From an uncultured Pelagibacteraceae bacterium (GTDB taxonomy: Bacteria > Pseudomonadota > Alphaproteobacteria > Pelagibacterales > Pelagibacteraceae): a stretch of DNA of 64,000 nt. Location: positions 44,970 to 108,969 of the forward strand of contig CACDFZ010000003.1 in assembly GCA_902552185.1 (NCBI GenBank). The letters are read 5' to 3'. The notes below the pieces were generated by a model. The model did no database searches. It had not been told where the DNA came from and saw only the letters and a program-made list of their open reading frames with translations. The number at the start of each line of letters is the position of its first letter. Position 1 is the stretch's first letter. This document shows, one piece after another, positions 18,586 through 28,364 of this stretch. The position numbers were made by a program, and so were the translations under genes.

Positions 18586-19448
18586 GACTGTGCCTCATTT
18601 TTCATCATTAAATTATAAAATACCCAACAAACTAAAAGTACGATAAAGAAATATATTAATGACATTGCAGCTGCTGGTCCTAAATCAAATTGACCCAAAG
18701 CCATTTTAACTAAGTCAATAGATAAAAATGCTGTAGTATTTCCTGGCCCACCTCCTGTTAAAACAAATGGCTCGGTATAAATCATAAAACTATCCATAAA
18801 TCTTAATAAAATTGCTAAAGTTAAAACCTTTTTCATTTTTGGTAATTCAATATATCTGAAAGTTGCCCATCTACTAGCACCATCAATTTCTGCAGCTTGA
18901 TAGTACGCAGGCTGAATTGAATTAAGACCTGCATAAGACAAAAGAACAACTAAAGATGTCCAATGCCAAACATCCATTAAAATTGTTGTGAACCATGCAT
19001 CACCAGGTTGTTGGGTAAAGTTATAATCAAAACCCATTGCGTTTAATGAATGACCAAGAAAACCAATATCTGGGAGTGCAAAAATATTCCACATTGCTCC
19101 AACAACATTCCAAGGAATTAGAAGCGGCATAGACATCAAAATCAAACAAACTGGTACACCCCATCCTTTTTTTGGCATTGTAAGTGCAATAGCAATTCCT
19201 AGAGGTATTTGGATTAGAAGTATTATAAAAGTAAAAGCAAATTGTCTTCCTAATGAAGCATGAAATCTTTCGGATAACAAGATTTGTTTAAACCACCTTG
19301 TGCCTTCCCAAGCAAATACGTTGTTTCCAAAAGTTTCTTGAAATGAATAATTGACGACTGTCATTAAGGGAATAGCTGCATTAAATGCAACAAGAACGAA
19401 TACGGGAATTACAAAATACCAAGCTTTTTGATTAATAGTTTTATTCAT
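18582..19448 (-). CDS. glycerol ABC transporter permease
   Basis: MDVWHWTSLV, YYQAAEIDGAS and LLRFMDSFMIYTEP motifs. Confidence 0.85.
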   Translation of the reverse strand: MNKTINQKAWYFVIPVFVLVAFNAAIPLMTVVNYSFQETFGNNVFAWEGTRWFKQILLSERFHASLGRQFAFTFIILLIQIPLGIAIALTMPKKGWGVPVCLILMSMPLLIPWNVVGAMWNIFALPDIGFLGHSLNAMGFDYNFTQQPGDAWFTTILMDVWHWTSLVVLLSYAGLNSIQPAYYQAAEIDGASRWATFRYIELPKMKKVLTLAILLRFMDSFMIYTEPFVLTGGGPGNTTAFLSIDLVKMALGQFDLGPAAAMSLIYFFIVLLVCWVFYNLMMKNEAQS

Positions 19449-20512
19449 TATTCTATAATCCAGTTATCTCCATAAACATAAGTATATTTTTGATTGAAAG
19501 TTATGTGGGCGCTTCCACTTGGAATTTCAGTAGAGGCGTTGGATAATATTTTAATATTACCCCCATTACATTCTGTATCAATAATTTTATGTCTTCCAGT
19601 ATTACTTACTCTTTTAATTTCAACTGGAATCCCATCTTTTGAAAAATTTATAAATTCAGGTCTAATGCCTATTTGAGTTTTACTAAAATTTGATTTTTTT
19701 ATAGTCTTATGACTTTGAATTTTTTGACCACTGAAATTTATTTCACCATTTTTAATTTCACAAGGAAGTATATTCATTCCAGGTGAACCAATAAAATGTC
19801 CAACAAAAGTATGTTTGGGTTTCTCAAATAATTCAACAGGTGTTCCAGTTTGAACAATTTGACCTTCATGCATGACTACAACTTGATCTGCAAAAGTTAG
19901 GGCTTCTGTTTGATCGTGTGTCACATAAATCATAGTACGATTAATTTTTTGGTGTAGTTCTTTTAATTTAGATCTTAAAACCCACTTTAAATGTGGATCT
20001 ATAACAGTTAATGGTTCATCAAACATAATTACATTTACATCTGATCTGACAAGCCCTCTACCTAAGGAAATTTTTTGCTTACCATCAGCTGTTAACCCAG
20101 ATGCTCTATTGTTTAGTGTAGTTGTTAACTCAAGCATCTCAGCTATTTCTTTAACTTTAGAGGCAATCTGTGAGTCAGAAAGACCTCTATTTTTTAAAGG
20201 GAAAGCTAAATTATCGTAAACTGACATTGTGTCGTAAATAACTGGAAACTGAAATATTTGTGCAATATCTCTTTCAACTGGATTTAGTAATGTCATATCC
20301 TTGTCATCAAACAAGACATTACCTTTTGTTGGTTTTAATAAGCCTGAAACAATATTTAACAAAGTTGTTTTTCCACATCCAGATGGACCTAAAAGTGCAT
20401 ATGCTCCACCGTCTTTCCAATCAATATTAACATCTCTTAAAGCCCAATCAGAATTACTATTCTGTTGCTCTAAATAGCTGTGACTTAAATCTTTTAAAGT
20501 AATTTTAGCCAT
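19448..20512 (-). CDS. glycerol ABC transporter ATPase (GlpT-like)
   Basis: GPSGCGKTT, degenerate signature LTADGKQKISLGR, FDEPLTVIDP. Confidence 0.88.
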   Translation of the reverse strand: MAKITLKDLSHSYLEQQNSNSDWALRDVNIDWKDGGAYALLGPSGCGKTTLLNIVSGLLKPTKGNVLFDDKDMTLLNPVERDIAQIFQFPVIYDTMSVYDNLAFPLKNRGLSDSQIASKVKEIAEMLELTTTLNNRASGLTADGKQKISLGRGLVRSDVNVIMFDEPLTVIDPHLKWVLRSKLKELHQKINRTMIYVTHDQTEALTFADQVVVMHEGQIVQTGTPVELFEKPKHTFVGHFIGSPGMNILPCEIKNGEINFSGQKIQSHKTIKKSNFSKTQIGIRPEFINFSKDGIPVEIKRVSNTGRHKIIDTECNGGNIKILSNASTEIPSGSAHITFNQKYTYVYGDNWIIE

Positions 20513-21569
20513 TGTTCACCAATCTGTTATTTTGATCAAAATATAAAAACTCGTCTGTGTTCATGTATAGTTTAGTATCTTCTCCAACATTTTTTTGTTG
20601 GGTACCATTAGACAATGAAACCCAGCTTAAATTTCCGTTTGTAAAGTGTATTAAGCTCTCTGATCCACTAAGTTCAGAAATTTGAACTTTACCGTTAATT
20701 TCAACTGAATTATTTCCCTCTTTATAAGTAGTAATATTATGTGGTCTTATACCTATTTTATAAGTGCCATCTTTAATTTTTGCTGATGATTTCCATTGAA
20801 CATCATTATCTGTAAATTTGCAATTATCACCTCTTTTGGTGATTTCAGCTATATTCATTGGTGGATCACTAAAAACTTTAGCTGAAATTAAATTTTCAGG
20901 CTTATTATAAACCTCTAGAGTTTTACCATACTGAATAACTTTACCTTCTAATAATGTTGCTGTATTCCCACCTATCATTAATGCATCTGAAGGCTCTGTT
21001 GTTGCGTAAACAACAATGCAATCTCTATCTTCAAATAATTTTGGTAGTTCTTCTCGTAACTCCTCTCTTAGTTTAAAGTCTAAATTTGCAAGTGGTTCGT
21101 CTAATAAAATTAAATCAGAATCCTTAACTAGTGCTCTTGCTAAAGCTGTTCTTTGCTGTTGTCCGCCTGATAATTCATCAGGTTTTTTATTTAACATTGC
21201 TGATAATTTTAAAAGCTCAGCCACCTTTCCTACTCTTTGTTTAATTTCGTCAGTTTTAACTCCCGTAATTACTAAGGGGGAAGCAATATTTTCATAAACC
21301 GTATAATTTGGATAATTAATAAATTGCTGATAAACCATAGAGCAATTTCTTTTTTGTACTTTCATGCCTGTAACATTTTTTCCATCAAACCATATCTCAC
21401 CTGAAGTTGGTTTATCTAACCCTGCCATTATTTGCATTAAAGTTGTCTTGCCAGCTAGTGTGGAACCGAGTAGTACATTTATTGTATTTTTCTCTAATTT
21501 AAGACTTGTAGTATGAATATGAGTATCTATTCCAACTTTTTTTTCTACATTTTTTAATTCTAGACTCAT
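20505..21569 (-). CDS. glycerol ABC transporter ATPase (GlpS-like)
   Basis: LGSTLAGKTT, MVYQQFINYP, LSGGQQQR and LDEPLANLD motifs. Confidence 0.88.
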   Translation of the reverse strand: MSLELKNVEKKVGIDTHIHTTSLKLEKNTINVLLGSTLAGKTTLMQIMAGLDKPTSGEIWFDGKNVTGMKVQKRNCSMVYQQFINYPNYTVYENIASPLVITGVKTDEIKQRVGKVAELLKLSAMLNKKPDELSGGQQQRTALARALVKDSDLILLDEPLANLDFKLREELREELPKLFEDRDCIVVYATTEPSDALMIGGNTATLLEGKVIQYGKTLEVYNKPENLISAKVFSDPPMNIAEITKRGDNCKFTDNDVQWKSSAKIKDGTYKIGIRPHNITTYKEGNNSVEINGKVQISELSGSESLIHFTNGNLSWVSLSNGTQQKNVGEDTKLYMNTDEFLYFDQNNRLVNNG

Positions 21570-21590
21570 AATTTAAAGTTTAGTTTTAAA

Positions 21591-21617
21591 AAAAGGGGGC
21601 AGCTAGTGCCCCCTTTT
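21591..21617 (-). terminator. GC-rich hairpin after the glycerol binding-protein gene
   Basis: AAAAGGGGGCA-gctag-TGCCCCCTTTT; poly-U follows on the minus strand. Confidence 0.75.
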
Positions 21618-21637
21618 CAATTTAGATTAACCTCTTG

Positions 21638-23368
21638 CTATTTCCAAGCTTTCGCGTATGGAACAGTTTTTCCTTGAGGTTTCTCATCACGTTTAGCTTT
21701 TGGTGAACCTTTCTTATTTAGCCAAAAAGAAGCTTCTCTTGGCTTATTAAGTCTTGGTCCACATCCACCGTATGCATTGCTACCTTTATCAGCAGCTTCC
21801 ATACGAGACATAACTAAGTCCATCTCTTCTGCAAGACGATCCATAGCTTGTTGTGGAGTAAACGCACCTGAGTTTACATCTCCAATTTGTTGCCACCAGA
21901 TTTGTGCAAGTTTCGGATAGTCCGGAACGTTTACACCTGTTGGTGACCAAATATTTCTGTTGTTTGATCTGTAGAACTCAACTAGTCCACCAAGTGCTGG
22001 TGCTCTTTCTGTGAAAGATTTGTGGTCTATTGAACTATCTCTAATGATAGTTAAACCTACGTGACTTTTCTTAAGATCTACTGTTTTTGATACAACGAAT
22101 TGAGCGTACAACCATGCAGCTTTTCTATTTTTAACTGGTGTAGACTTAAATAAAGTCCATGATCCAGCATCTTGATATCCAAGCTTCATGCCTTCTTCCC
22201 AATAAGGTCCTTTTGGTGATGGACCCATTCTCCATAACGGCATACCCTTATCATCAACAACTTTATTGTTAGGATTTTTTCCTACTAAAGAAGCTGTGAA
22301 CGCTGTGTACCAGAAAATTTGCTGAGCAACGTTTCCAGAAGATAGTGACGGTAGAGACTGATAGAAGTCCATAGCCGCAGCACCTGGAGGAGCGTAATTT
22401 CTTAACCACTCATCCCATTTTCTGATTGCGTATACAGCAGCAGGACCATTTGCAGCTCCACCTCTTGTTACTGAAGCTCCAACAGGGTTACAAGAACCTT
22501 TTTCCATTCTTATTCCCCACTCGTCCACTGGTATTCCATTAGGTTTTCCAACATCACCTGCTCCAGCCATTGATAACCACGCGTCAGTCATTCTCCAACC
22601 TAAGTCGGGAGCTCTTTTACCGTAGTCCATGTGACCGTAAATTCTAACACCGTCAATATTTTTCACGTCTTCTGAGAAGTATTTAGCGATGTCTTCATAA
22701 GCAGACCAATTTAAAGGTACACCTAAGTCGTATCCGTATTTGGCTTTAAACCCTTTTTTAATTTCAGGTCTGTCGAACCAATCTTTTCTAAACCAATAAA
22801 GGTTAGCAAATTGTTGGTCAGGCAATTGGTATAAGTCGCCATCTGGACCTGTAGTAAACTGTTTACCAATAAAATCGTTTAAGTCTAAAGTTGGTAAAGT
22901 AACGTCTTTACCTTCTCCAGCCATCCATTTTGTTAGGTTTACAGCTTGTTGCATTCTAGCGTGAGTACCAATCAAATCTGAGTCATTGATGTACGCATCG
23001 TAAATACTTACGTTAGTTTGCATCTGTGTTTGTACTGCCATTACTACGTCACCTTCTCCAAGTAACTGGTGATTTACTTTAATCCCAGTAATTTCCTCAA
23101 AAGCTTTTGTTAAAACTTTTGATTCATACTCGTGAGTAGGAATAGTTTCTGACAATACTTTAATAGACATTCCTTTGAATGGCTTTGCAGCATCGTGAAA
23201 CCATTGTAGTTCTTTCTCTCTTTCTTTTGCAGAAAGCGTAGAAAGACTAAACTCACCATTAGACCATTTCTTAATTGCAGCCATGTGACCGTCTGCAATC
23301 GCATTCGAAATAGTAAGTATAGAAAATGAAACAGCAACAGCTATTATAGTTTTCAATGTTTTAAACAT
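21638..23368 (-). CDS. glycerol ABC transporter substrate-binding protein (GlpV-like)
   Basis: Signal peptide; SETIPTHEYES, NDSDLIGTH, QLPDQQFANLYW, GYQDAGSW and PTGVNVPDYP motifs; follows glpK. Confidence 0.85.
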   Translation of the reverse strand: MFKTLKTIIAVAVSFSILTISNAIADGHMAAIKKWSNGEFSLSTLSAKEREKELQWFHDAAKPFKGMSIKVLSETIPTHEYESKVLTKAFEEITGIKVNHQLLGEGDVVMAVQTQMQTNVSIYDAYINDSDLIGTHARMQQAVNLTKWMAGEGKDVTLPTLDLNDFIGKQFTTGPDGDLYQLPDQQFANLYWFRKDWFDRPEIKKGFKAKYGYDLGVPLNWSAYEDIAKYFSEDVKNIDGVRIYGHMDYGKRAPDLGWRMTDAWLSMAGAGDVGKPNGIPVDEWGIRMEKGSCNPVGASVTRGGAANGPAAVYAIRKWDEWLRNYAPPGAAAMDFYQSLPSLSSGNVAQQIFWYTAFTASLVGKNPNNKVVDDKGMPLWRMGPSPKGPYWEEGMKLGYQDAGSWTLFKSTPVKNRKAAWLYAQFVVSKTVDLKKSHVGLTIIRDSSIDHKSFTERAPALGGLVEFYRSNNRNIWSPTGVNVPDYPKLAQIWWQQIGDVNSGAFTPQQAMDRLAEEMDLVMSRMEAADKGSNAYGGCGPRLNKPREASFWLNKKGSPKAKRDEKPQGKTVPYAKAWK

Positions 23369-23465
23369 TAATTCCCCTCTGTTGTTTGTTAATTTATTAA
23401 TTGAAGCAAAATAGAACTTAATTGTACAGACTTAATTCTTAAAATTTATACAACTATAAATTGTT

Positions 23466-24947
23466 TTAGTTAATGAGTGCTCTTTTAATAGCCTTTGACC
23501 AGCCTAACAGAAGTGATTTTCTGTCGCTGTTTCTCATTTTGGGAGTAAATTTTTTCTCTAGACTCCAATTTTTAGAAATATCTTTTAAAGATTTATACAC
23601 TCCAATTTTTAATCCAGCCATGAATGCTGCGCCTAATGCTGTAGTTTCATGAACTTTAGGTCTATAGACTTTGACGTTCACTATGTCTGATAAAAATTGT
23701 GAGAACCAATTATTCATGACCATTCCTCCATCTACTTTAACCATTCTTGGTCGCAAACCATCGTGTTTCATTGCTTCAAACAAGTCATGTGTCTGATATG
23801 CTACTGACTCTATCGTGGCCCTTACTATTTCCTTTGGACCTGTGTCTCTTGTTAATCCACTTAAAACTCCTCTTGAGTTTTGATTCCAATATGGCGCACC
23901 CATACCTGTAAAGGCTGGAACTAAATAGACATCTTTATTGTCTTTTAAAGACTTTAAAATCTTTTCAGTTTCATAAGCTTTTTTAAAGAATTTCATTCGA
24001 TCTCTTAACCACTGAACACCTGCTCCTGCAATAAAAATTGATCCTTCCATAGCATAAGTAGTTTTTCCGTTAATTCTATATCCAATTGTAGTGAGCAGTC
24101 TATTTTTGGAATAAATTTTTTTGTAACCAGTATTTAATAATACAAAAGCCCCTGTTCCATAAGTGCTCTTTAATGAGCCTGGTTCAAAACAGCATTGACC
24201 TATTGATGCAGACTGTTGATCTCCCACAACTCCAGCAATTGGTATCGATTTGCCTGTAATTGTTGGATGTGTAGAACCATAATCATCAGCGCAATTTTTT
24301 ACCTCAGGAAGAATGTGTTTTTTAATTTTTAATATATTTAAAATTGTATCGTCCCATTTGTTTGTTGATATATTAAAAATCATAGTTCTACTTGCATTCG
24401 TTGCATCTGTTGCATGGACTTTGCCTTTAGTTAATCTCCAAATCAAGAAACTATCAATTGTTCCAAAAAGAAGTTGTTTTTTATTCATTAATTTTCTGGC
24501 TAATGGGACATTATCTAATATCCATTTAATTTTTGTTCCTGAAAAATATGAGTCAATAGGAAGACCTGTTTTATTAAATATTAGAGTTTCCTTGTTTTGT
24601 TTTTTTAATTTTTTACAATATTCAGCTTGTCTACGATCCTGCCAAACTATTGCTTTATAAACTGTTTTGCCCGTTTTTTTATCCCATAGGACTGTTGTTT
24701 CTCTTTGATTAGTAATTCCAATTGCTAACACTTCGCCCCGAAATTTTTTTGCTTTCGAAATTACATCTCTTAAGACTTTTTTTGTAGTGTTCCAAATTTC
24801 TTCTGGGTTATGTTCTACCCATCCACTTTTAGGAAAATATTGTGTAAATTCTTTTTGTGATGAAAAAACAGGTTTGCCTTTTAAATCAAAAAGTATTGCT
24901 CTATTTGAAGTTGTTCCGGCATCTATAGAAACTATAAATTTTTTCAT
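23466..24947 (-). CDS. glpK: glycerol kinase
   Basis: DAGTTSNR, GITNQRET, AIVWQDRR, TDATNASRT, GDQQ, KSTYGTG and VPAFTGMGAPYW motifs. Confidence 0.95.
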   Translation of the reverse strand: MKKFIVSIDAGTTSNRAILFDLKGKPVFSSQKEFTQYFPKSGWVEHNPEEIWNTTKKVLRDVISKAKKFRGEVLAIGITNQRETTVLWDKKTGKTVYKAIVWQDRRQAEYCKKLKKQNKETLIFNKTGLPIDSYFSGTKIKWILDNVPLARKLMNKKQLLFGTIDSFLIWRLTKGKVHATDATNASRTMIFNISTNKWDDTILNILKIKKHILPEVKNCADDYGSTHPTITGKSIPIAGVVGDQQSASIGQCCFEPGSLKSTYGTGAFVLLNTGYKKIYSKNRLLTTIGYRINGKTTYAMEGSIFIAGAGVQWLRDRMKFFKKAYETEKILKSLKDNKDVYLVPAFTGMGAPYWNQNSRGVLSGLTRDTGPKEIVRATIESVAYQTHDLFEAMKHDGLRPRMVKVDGGMVMNNWFSQFLSDIVNVKVYRPKVHETTALGAAFMAGLKIGVYKSLKDISKNWSLEKKFTPKMRNSDRKSLLLGWSKAIKRALIN

Positions 24948-25993
24948 TATCTAAAAGCCTCCCAATCAATCTCTAGTTTTTTATCTTCTACTATTGCATT
25001 AATCATAGCCAACATTAAAGGTAATTTTTTATTGTCAAAATCTTCATTAACTTTTTTTGCAATTTCTTTTGCTAAATCAGCACCCTCTACAGTTACTTTT
25101 TCCATTTTCATTTTTTTGGCTTTAGAAAAAGTTAGTCCTTCACCAATGTAGGATCCCATTTTAGCATTTCTTCCACCTCCTGAACTTACATACAAATCAC
25201 CTAAGCCTGCTAAACCTTTTACTGTTTCTTTTTTTCCTTTTAAGTGCTCAACAAATACTTCCATCTCATGTATCGATTGTTTTATTAAAGCTGAAGATGT
25301 ATTTAAGTAGTTTTTTTCTCTCACATCATTTGGGATATCCTTGCTACATAAACCTTTCGCTGCACCCACTGCCATAGAGAATATATTTTTTATCGCAGCT
25401 GAAACCTCTACACCATTTATGTCATCTGAAAAAGAAGTGTGATAATAACTAGTGTTAAGCATATCAGCAATTTTTTTTGCAATTTTAATATCTTCATTGG
25501 CGATAACAACACTGCTGTGTACTCTGTTGGCTAATCCTGCAGCAAGACAAGGACCTCCTACAGCGGATATATTAGCTTTTTTTATTCCTTTATCTGATAA
25601 TAATCTTTTTAATTTATCAACTAATAACTCATAATCATTCTTAAAAATACTCAAACCTTTTGTAAGCATTAGTAAATTTGGAATATTTTTATCTTTAAAA
25701 ATTTGACTTAATTGTTCTGAAACCCATTCAATACCTTTAGAACTTATTCCTAAAACAACTAAGTCAGCGCCGTTATTTAGTAAATTGTTAAAATTATCAA
25801 ATTTGTAAATTTTGATCTTTTTATCTAATTTTACATTCAACCCGGGGTGAAAATTTTCCTTAGCTTTCAAACTGTCAATGAAGTCATTTTCTAAATGCGT
25901 GCCAACAATGTTAACATCATGATTATTGTCTATACAGGGTAAAGCAAATGCTGATCCCATAGCGCCAGCACCGATAATAATGATCTTTGACAT
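24947..25993 (-). CDS. gpsA: NAD(P)H-dependent glycerol-3-phosphate dehydrogenase family (divergent GpsA)
   Basis: IGAGAMGSA, LTKGL, GGPCLA, GVEVSAAIKN, GLAGLGDL..S..GRN and TVEG motifs. Confidence 0.8.
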   Translation of the reverse strand: MSKIIIIGAGAMGSAFALPCIDNNHDVNIVGTHLENDFIDSLKAKENFHPGLNVKLDKKIKIYKFDNFNNLLNNGADLVVLGISSKGIEWVSEQLSQIFKDKNIPNLLMLTKGLSIFKNDYELLVDKLKRLLSDKGIKKANISAVGGPCLAAGLANRVHSSVVIANEDIKIAKKIADMLNTSYYHTSFSDDINGVEVSAAIKNIFSMAVGAAKGLCSKDIPNDVREKNYLNTSSALIKQSIHEMEVFVEHLKGKKETVKGLAGLGDLYVSSGGGRNAKMGSYIGEGLTFSKAKKMKMEKVTVEGADLAKEIAKKVNEDFDNKKLPLMLAMINAIVEDKKLEIDWEAFR

Positions 25994-25995
25994 AT

Positions 25996-27408
25996 TTATT
26001 CTTTAAATAAAAGTTTTTTGAACAAAATTAAAATAGATATTAACTCAATTTTTCCAATAATCATAAATATAATTAAAAATAATTTTGTACTATTCAAAAG
26101 ATTTGCAAAATTGATATCGCTCACGCCATATAGTGAGGAATTTGTAGTATTTGTTAATGTAAGTATAGACAATTTAAAAGAACTTTCAAAATTTATGTCA
26201 TCTAAAACTAGTATGCTAGATAAGATAAAAATACTTATAAAAAAGGATATAAAAATCAAAAAGGATAAGTTTATTATTTGATTATCTATTTTTTTTTCAG
26301 AATAAAAAATTAAATTGTTAAAAACATTGTTAGGTCTTACTAGTCTTATTATTTCTGCTGCTGCCGATTTTATCAATATATAAATTCTTATAAACTTTAT
26401 TCCAGAGGAATTTGAGATTAATGATCCACCCATCACACATAAAAAAATAAAAATAATTGTTCCACTACTTGACTTTGTAAAAGAAATACCAGAATTGCTT
26501 ATACTTGAAATTATATTGATTAAAATTTCACTAATATCTACATTTTTTAAAGAATAAAACATTACAAGAGATAAGATTAATATGAACGCTATTAAAAATA
26601 AATCTTCTTGATGGTCGTTAATAATTCTCTTTTTATTAAACAAATTAAATAGGAAAAAAATATTAACTGTTGGGATAAGAAGGGTTATTGCTAGAATATA
26701 ACGATTATCTTTTAAAAATACTTGATCTAAACTATTAGTAGGAAGAAAACCCCCATTTGAAATTATTGTCATTGAGAGATTCAACGAATTAAATAATCTT
26801 ACATTTCCTATATTTAATATTATTAAAATTAATAATGTTAACAACGAATAAACTAAAAAAATTTGAATTAAAATATTTTTGGTGTTTGATTTTGAAAAGG
26901 ACCCCATATTTCCTGTGAACACCAACTGATTGAGTCTAAAATTATACTGATTATTTGAAAAAATAATAATTAAAAATATAAGAAAATATAAACCTCCTAT
27001 CCACTGTGAAGATGATCTCCATAATATTAAAGTTGGATCTAAATATTTTATATTCTCAAATATAGAAAATCCTGTTGAAGTTATCCCTGAAAAACTCTCA
27101 AAAACTGAATCAAAAAAAGTTATTTGATAATTGCTCAAATAATAAGGTAAAGCGATAAAAATAGATGAAATTAAGTATACTAAAATAATTAATAACAGTT
27201 GTTCGTAAAAGTTAATTTTTTTAATAGAATTTTTACCATAATAACAAAAAAAAGATCCGATCATCAAAGTAAGAAAAAAAGTTGCAGTGTAAGAGTCTAT
27301 GCTTAAAAAGTAATCAAAATATGTTGAATAAAGAATATTTAAAAAGGAGAGTCCAGACAGAGGAAAGATGAAAAGACCTAAATAAAATAGAATAGCTTTG
27401 TAATTCAT
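25996..27408 (-). CDS. trkH: TrkH-family K+ uptake membrane protein (divergent)
   Basis: FESFSGITSTGFS, LWRSSSQWIGG and TIISNGGF pore motifs; the ATG at 27408 (MNYKAIL) avoids overlap with the NAD kinase gene. Confidence 0.75.
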   Translation of the reverse strand: MNYKAILFYLGLFIFPLSGLSFLNILYSTYFDYFLSIDSYTATFFLTLMIGSFFCYYGKNSIKKINFYEQLLLIILVYLISSIFIALPYYLSNYQITFFDSVFESFSGITSTGFSIFENIKYLDPTLILWRSSSQWIGGLYFLIFLIIIFSNNQYNFRLNQLVFTGNMGSFSKSNTKNILIQIFLVYSLLTLLILIILNIGNVRLFNSLNLSMTIISNGGFLPTNSLDQVFLKDNRYILAITLLIPTVNIFFLFNLFNKKRIINDHQEDLFLIAFILILSLVMFYSLKNVDISEILINIISSISNSGISFTKSSSGTIIFIFLCVMGGSLISNSSGIKFIRIYILIKSAAAEIIRLVRPNNVFNNLIFYSEKKIDNQIINLSFLIFISFFISIFILSSILVLDDINFESSFKLSILTLTNTTNSSLYGVSDINFANLLNSTKLFLIIFMIIGKIELISILILFKKLLFKE

Positions 27409-27418
27409 TTGAATATTA

Positions 27419-28195
27419 TTATCTTCTAGAGCTTTGTTGTCTCTTAATCTCACTTCTAATTCTTTTTACTAAACTTCTGCTAGTATCAAACAATAATTTA
27501 ATATTTATTTTTTTATTTCTTTGAATAGATAAACTTTTAACGTTTCTTAGTTCAATATTATCAGCAACAGCTGCTATTGGCCTTTTTTTTGAATTAAGAT
27601 TTTTTATTTTAACAATTGATTTATTGGAAATAATTTTACCTTTCCATCTTCTGGGTCTAAAGGGACTAATGGGAGTGATAGCTAACTTTCCAGAGTTTAA
27701 TGATAGTATTGGACCATGAACAGAAAGATTGTAAGCGGTGCTACCTGCTGGTGTTGACACAAGTACTCCGTCACCTATTAGTTTCTTTATAATTTGTTTC
27801 TTTCCTACCGAAATATTTAGTGAGGCAGTTTGTTTACTCTGTCTAAAAATTGAGATTTCATTTATTGCTATTAATTTTTTTTTCAAGCCATTTCCATAAG
27901 AACAATTTACAGAAAGACTATTAATAATGGTTTTTTTGGATTTTAGTATCTTGCGCTCTAAATAATCAATGTTTGTATTGTTCATCAAAAATCCAAATGT
28001 TCCACAATTTACTCCATAAAAAGGTTTATTAAATTTGTAATATTTTTTTAAGTTCTTCAACATGAAACCGTCACCACCAAAAACCACAATACAAGAGGAT
28101 TTCAGAGGAGAAAAATTTTTAAATTTTTTAAAAAGTTTTTTTTTAAAATTTTGAGATTTTTTATTTTGATCAAAAACGAAATGAAATTTTTCCAT
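27419..28195 (-). CDS. nadK: NAD kinase
   Basis: GGDGFML, GVNCGTFGFLMN, AINE and GDGVLVSTPAGSTAYNLS motifs. Confidence 0.93.
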   Translation of the reverse strand: MEKFHFVFDQNKKSQNFKKKLFKKFKNFSPLKSSCIVVFGGDGFMLKNLKKYYKFNKPFYGVNCGTFGFLMNNTNIDYLERKILKSKKTIINSLSVNCSYGNGLKKKLIAINEISIFRQSKQTASLNISVGKKQIIKKLIGDGVLVSTPAGSTAYNLSVHGPILSLNSGKLAITPISPFRPRRWKGKIISNKSIVKIKNLNSKKRPIAAVADNIELRNVKSLSIQRNKKINIKLLFDTSRSLVKRIRSEIKRQQSSRR

Positions 28196-28200
28196 ATTAG

Positions 28201-28286
28201 TGGTGCCCTCGGCCAGACTCGAACTGGCACTCCCAAAAGGGCAAGGATTTTAAGTCCTTTGTGTCTACCAATTTCACCACGAGGGC
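28201..28286 (-). tRNA. tRNA-Leu(TAA)
   Basis: GCCCTCGTGGTGAAATTGGTAGACACAAAGGACTTAAAATCCTTGCCCTTTTGGGAGTGCCAGTTCGAGTCTGGCCGAGGGCACCA: cloverleaf with long variable arm, TTCGA T-loop and encoded CCA. Confidence 0.97.
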
Positions 28287-28359
28287 TTTAGTCATAATTT
28301 GTTGATATTGTTAATATATTAATACACAAGAGTTTTAAAGAAATAAAAATAATTTATTT
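28247..28359. repeat. direct repeat copy 1 (tRNA-Leu anticodon loop to 5' end, plus ~73 bp upstream)
   Basis: Matches 35146-35258 at offset 6899 with 4 mismatches in 113 bp. Confidence 0.95.
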
Positions 28360-28364
28360 AAGCA

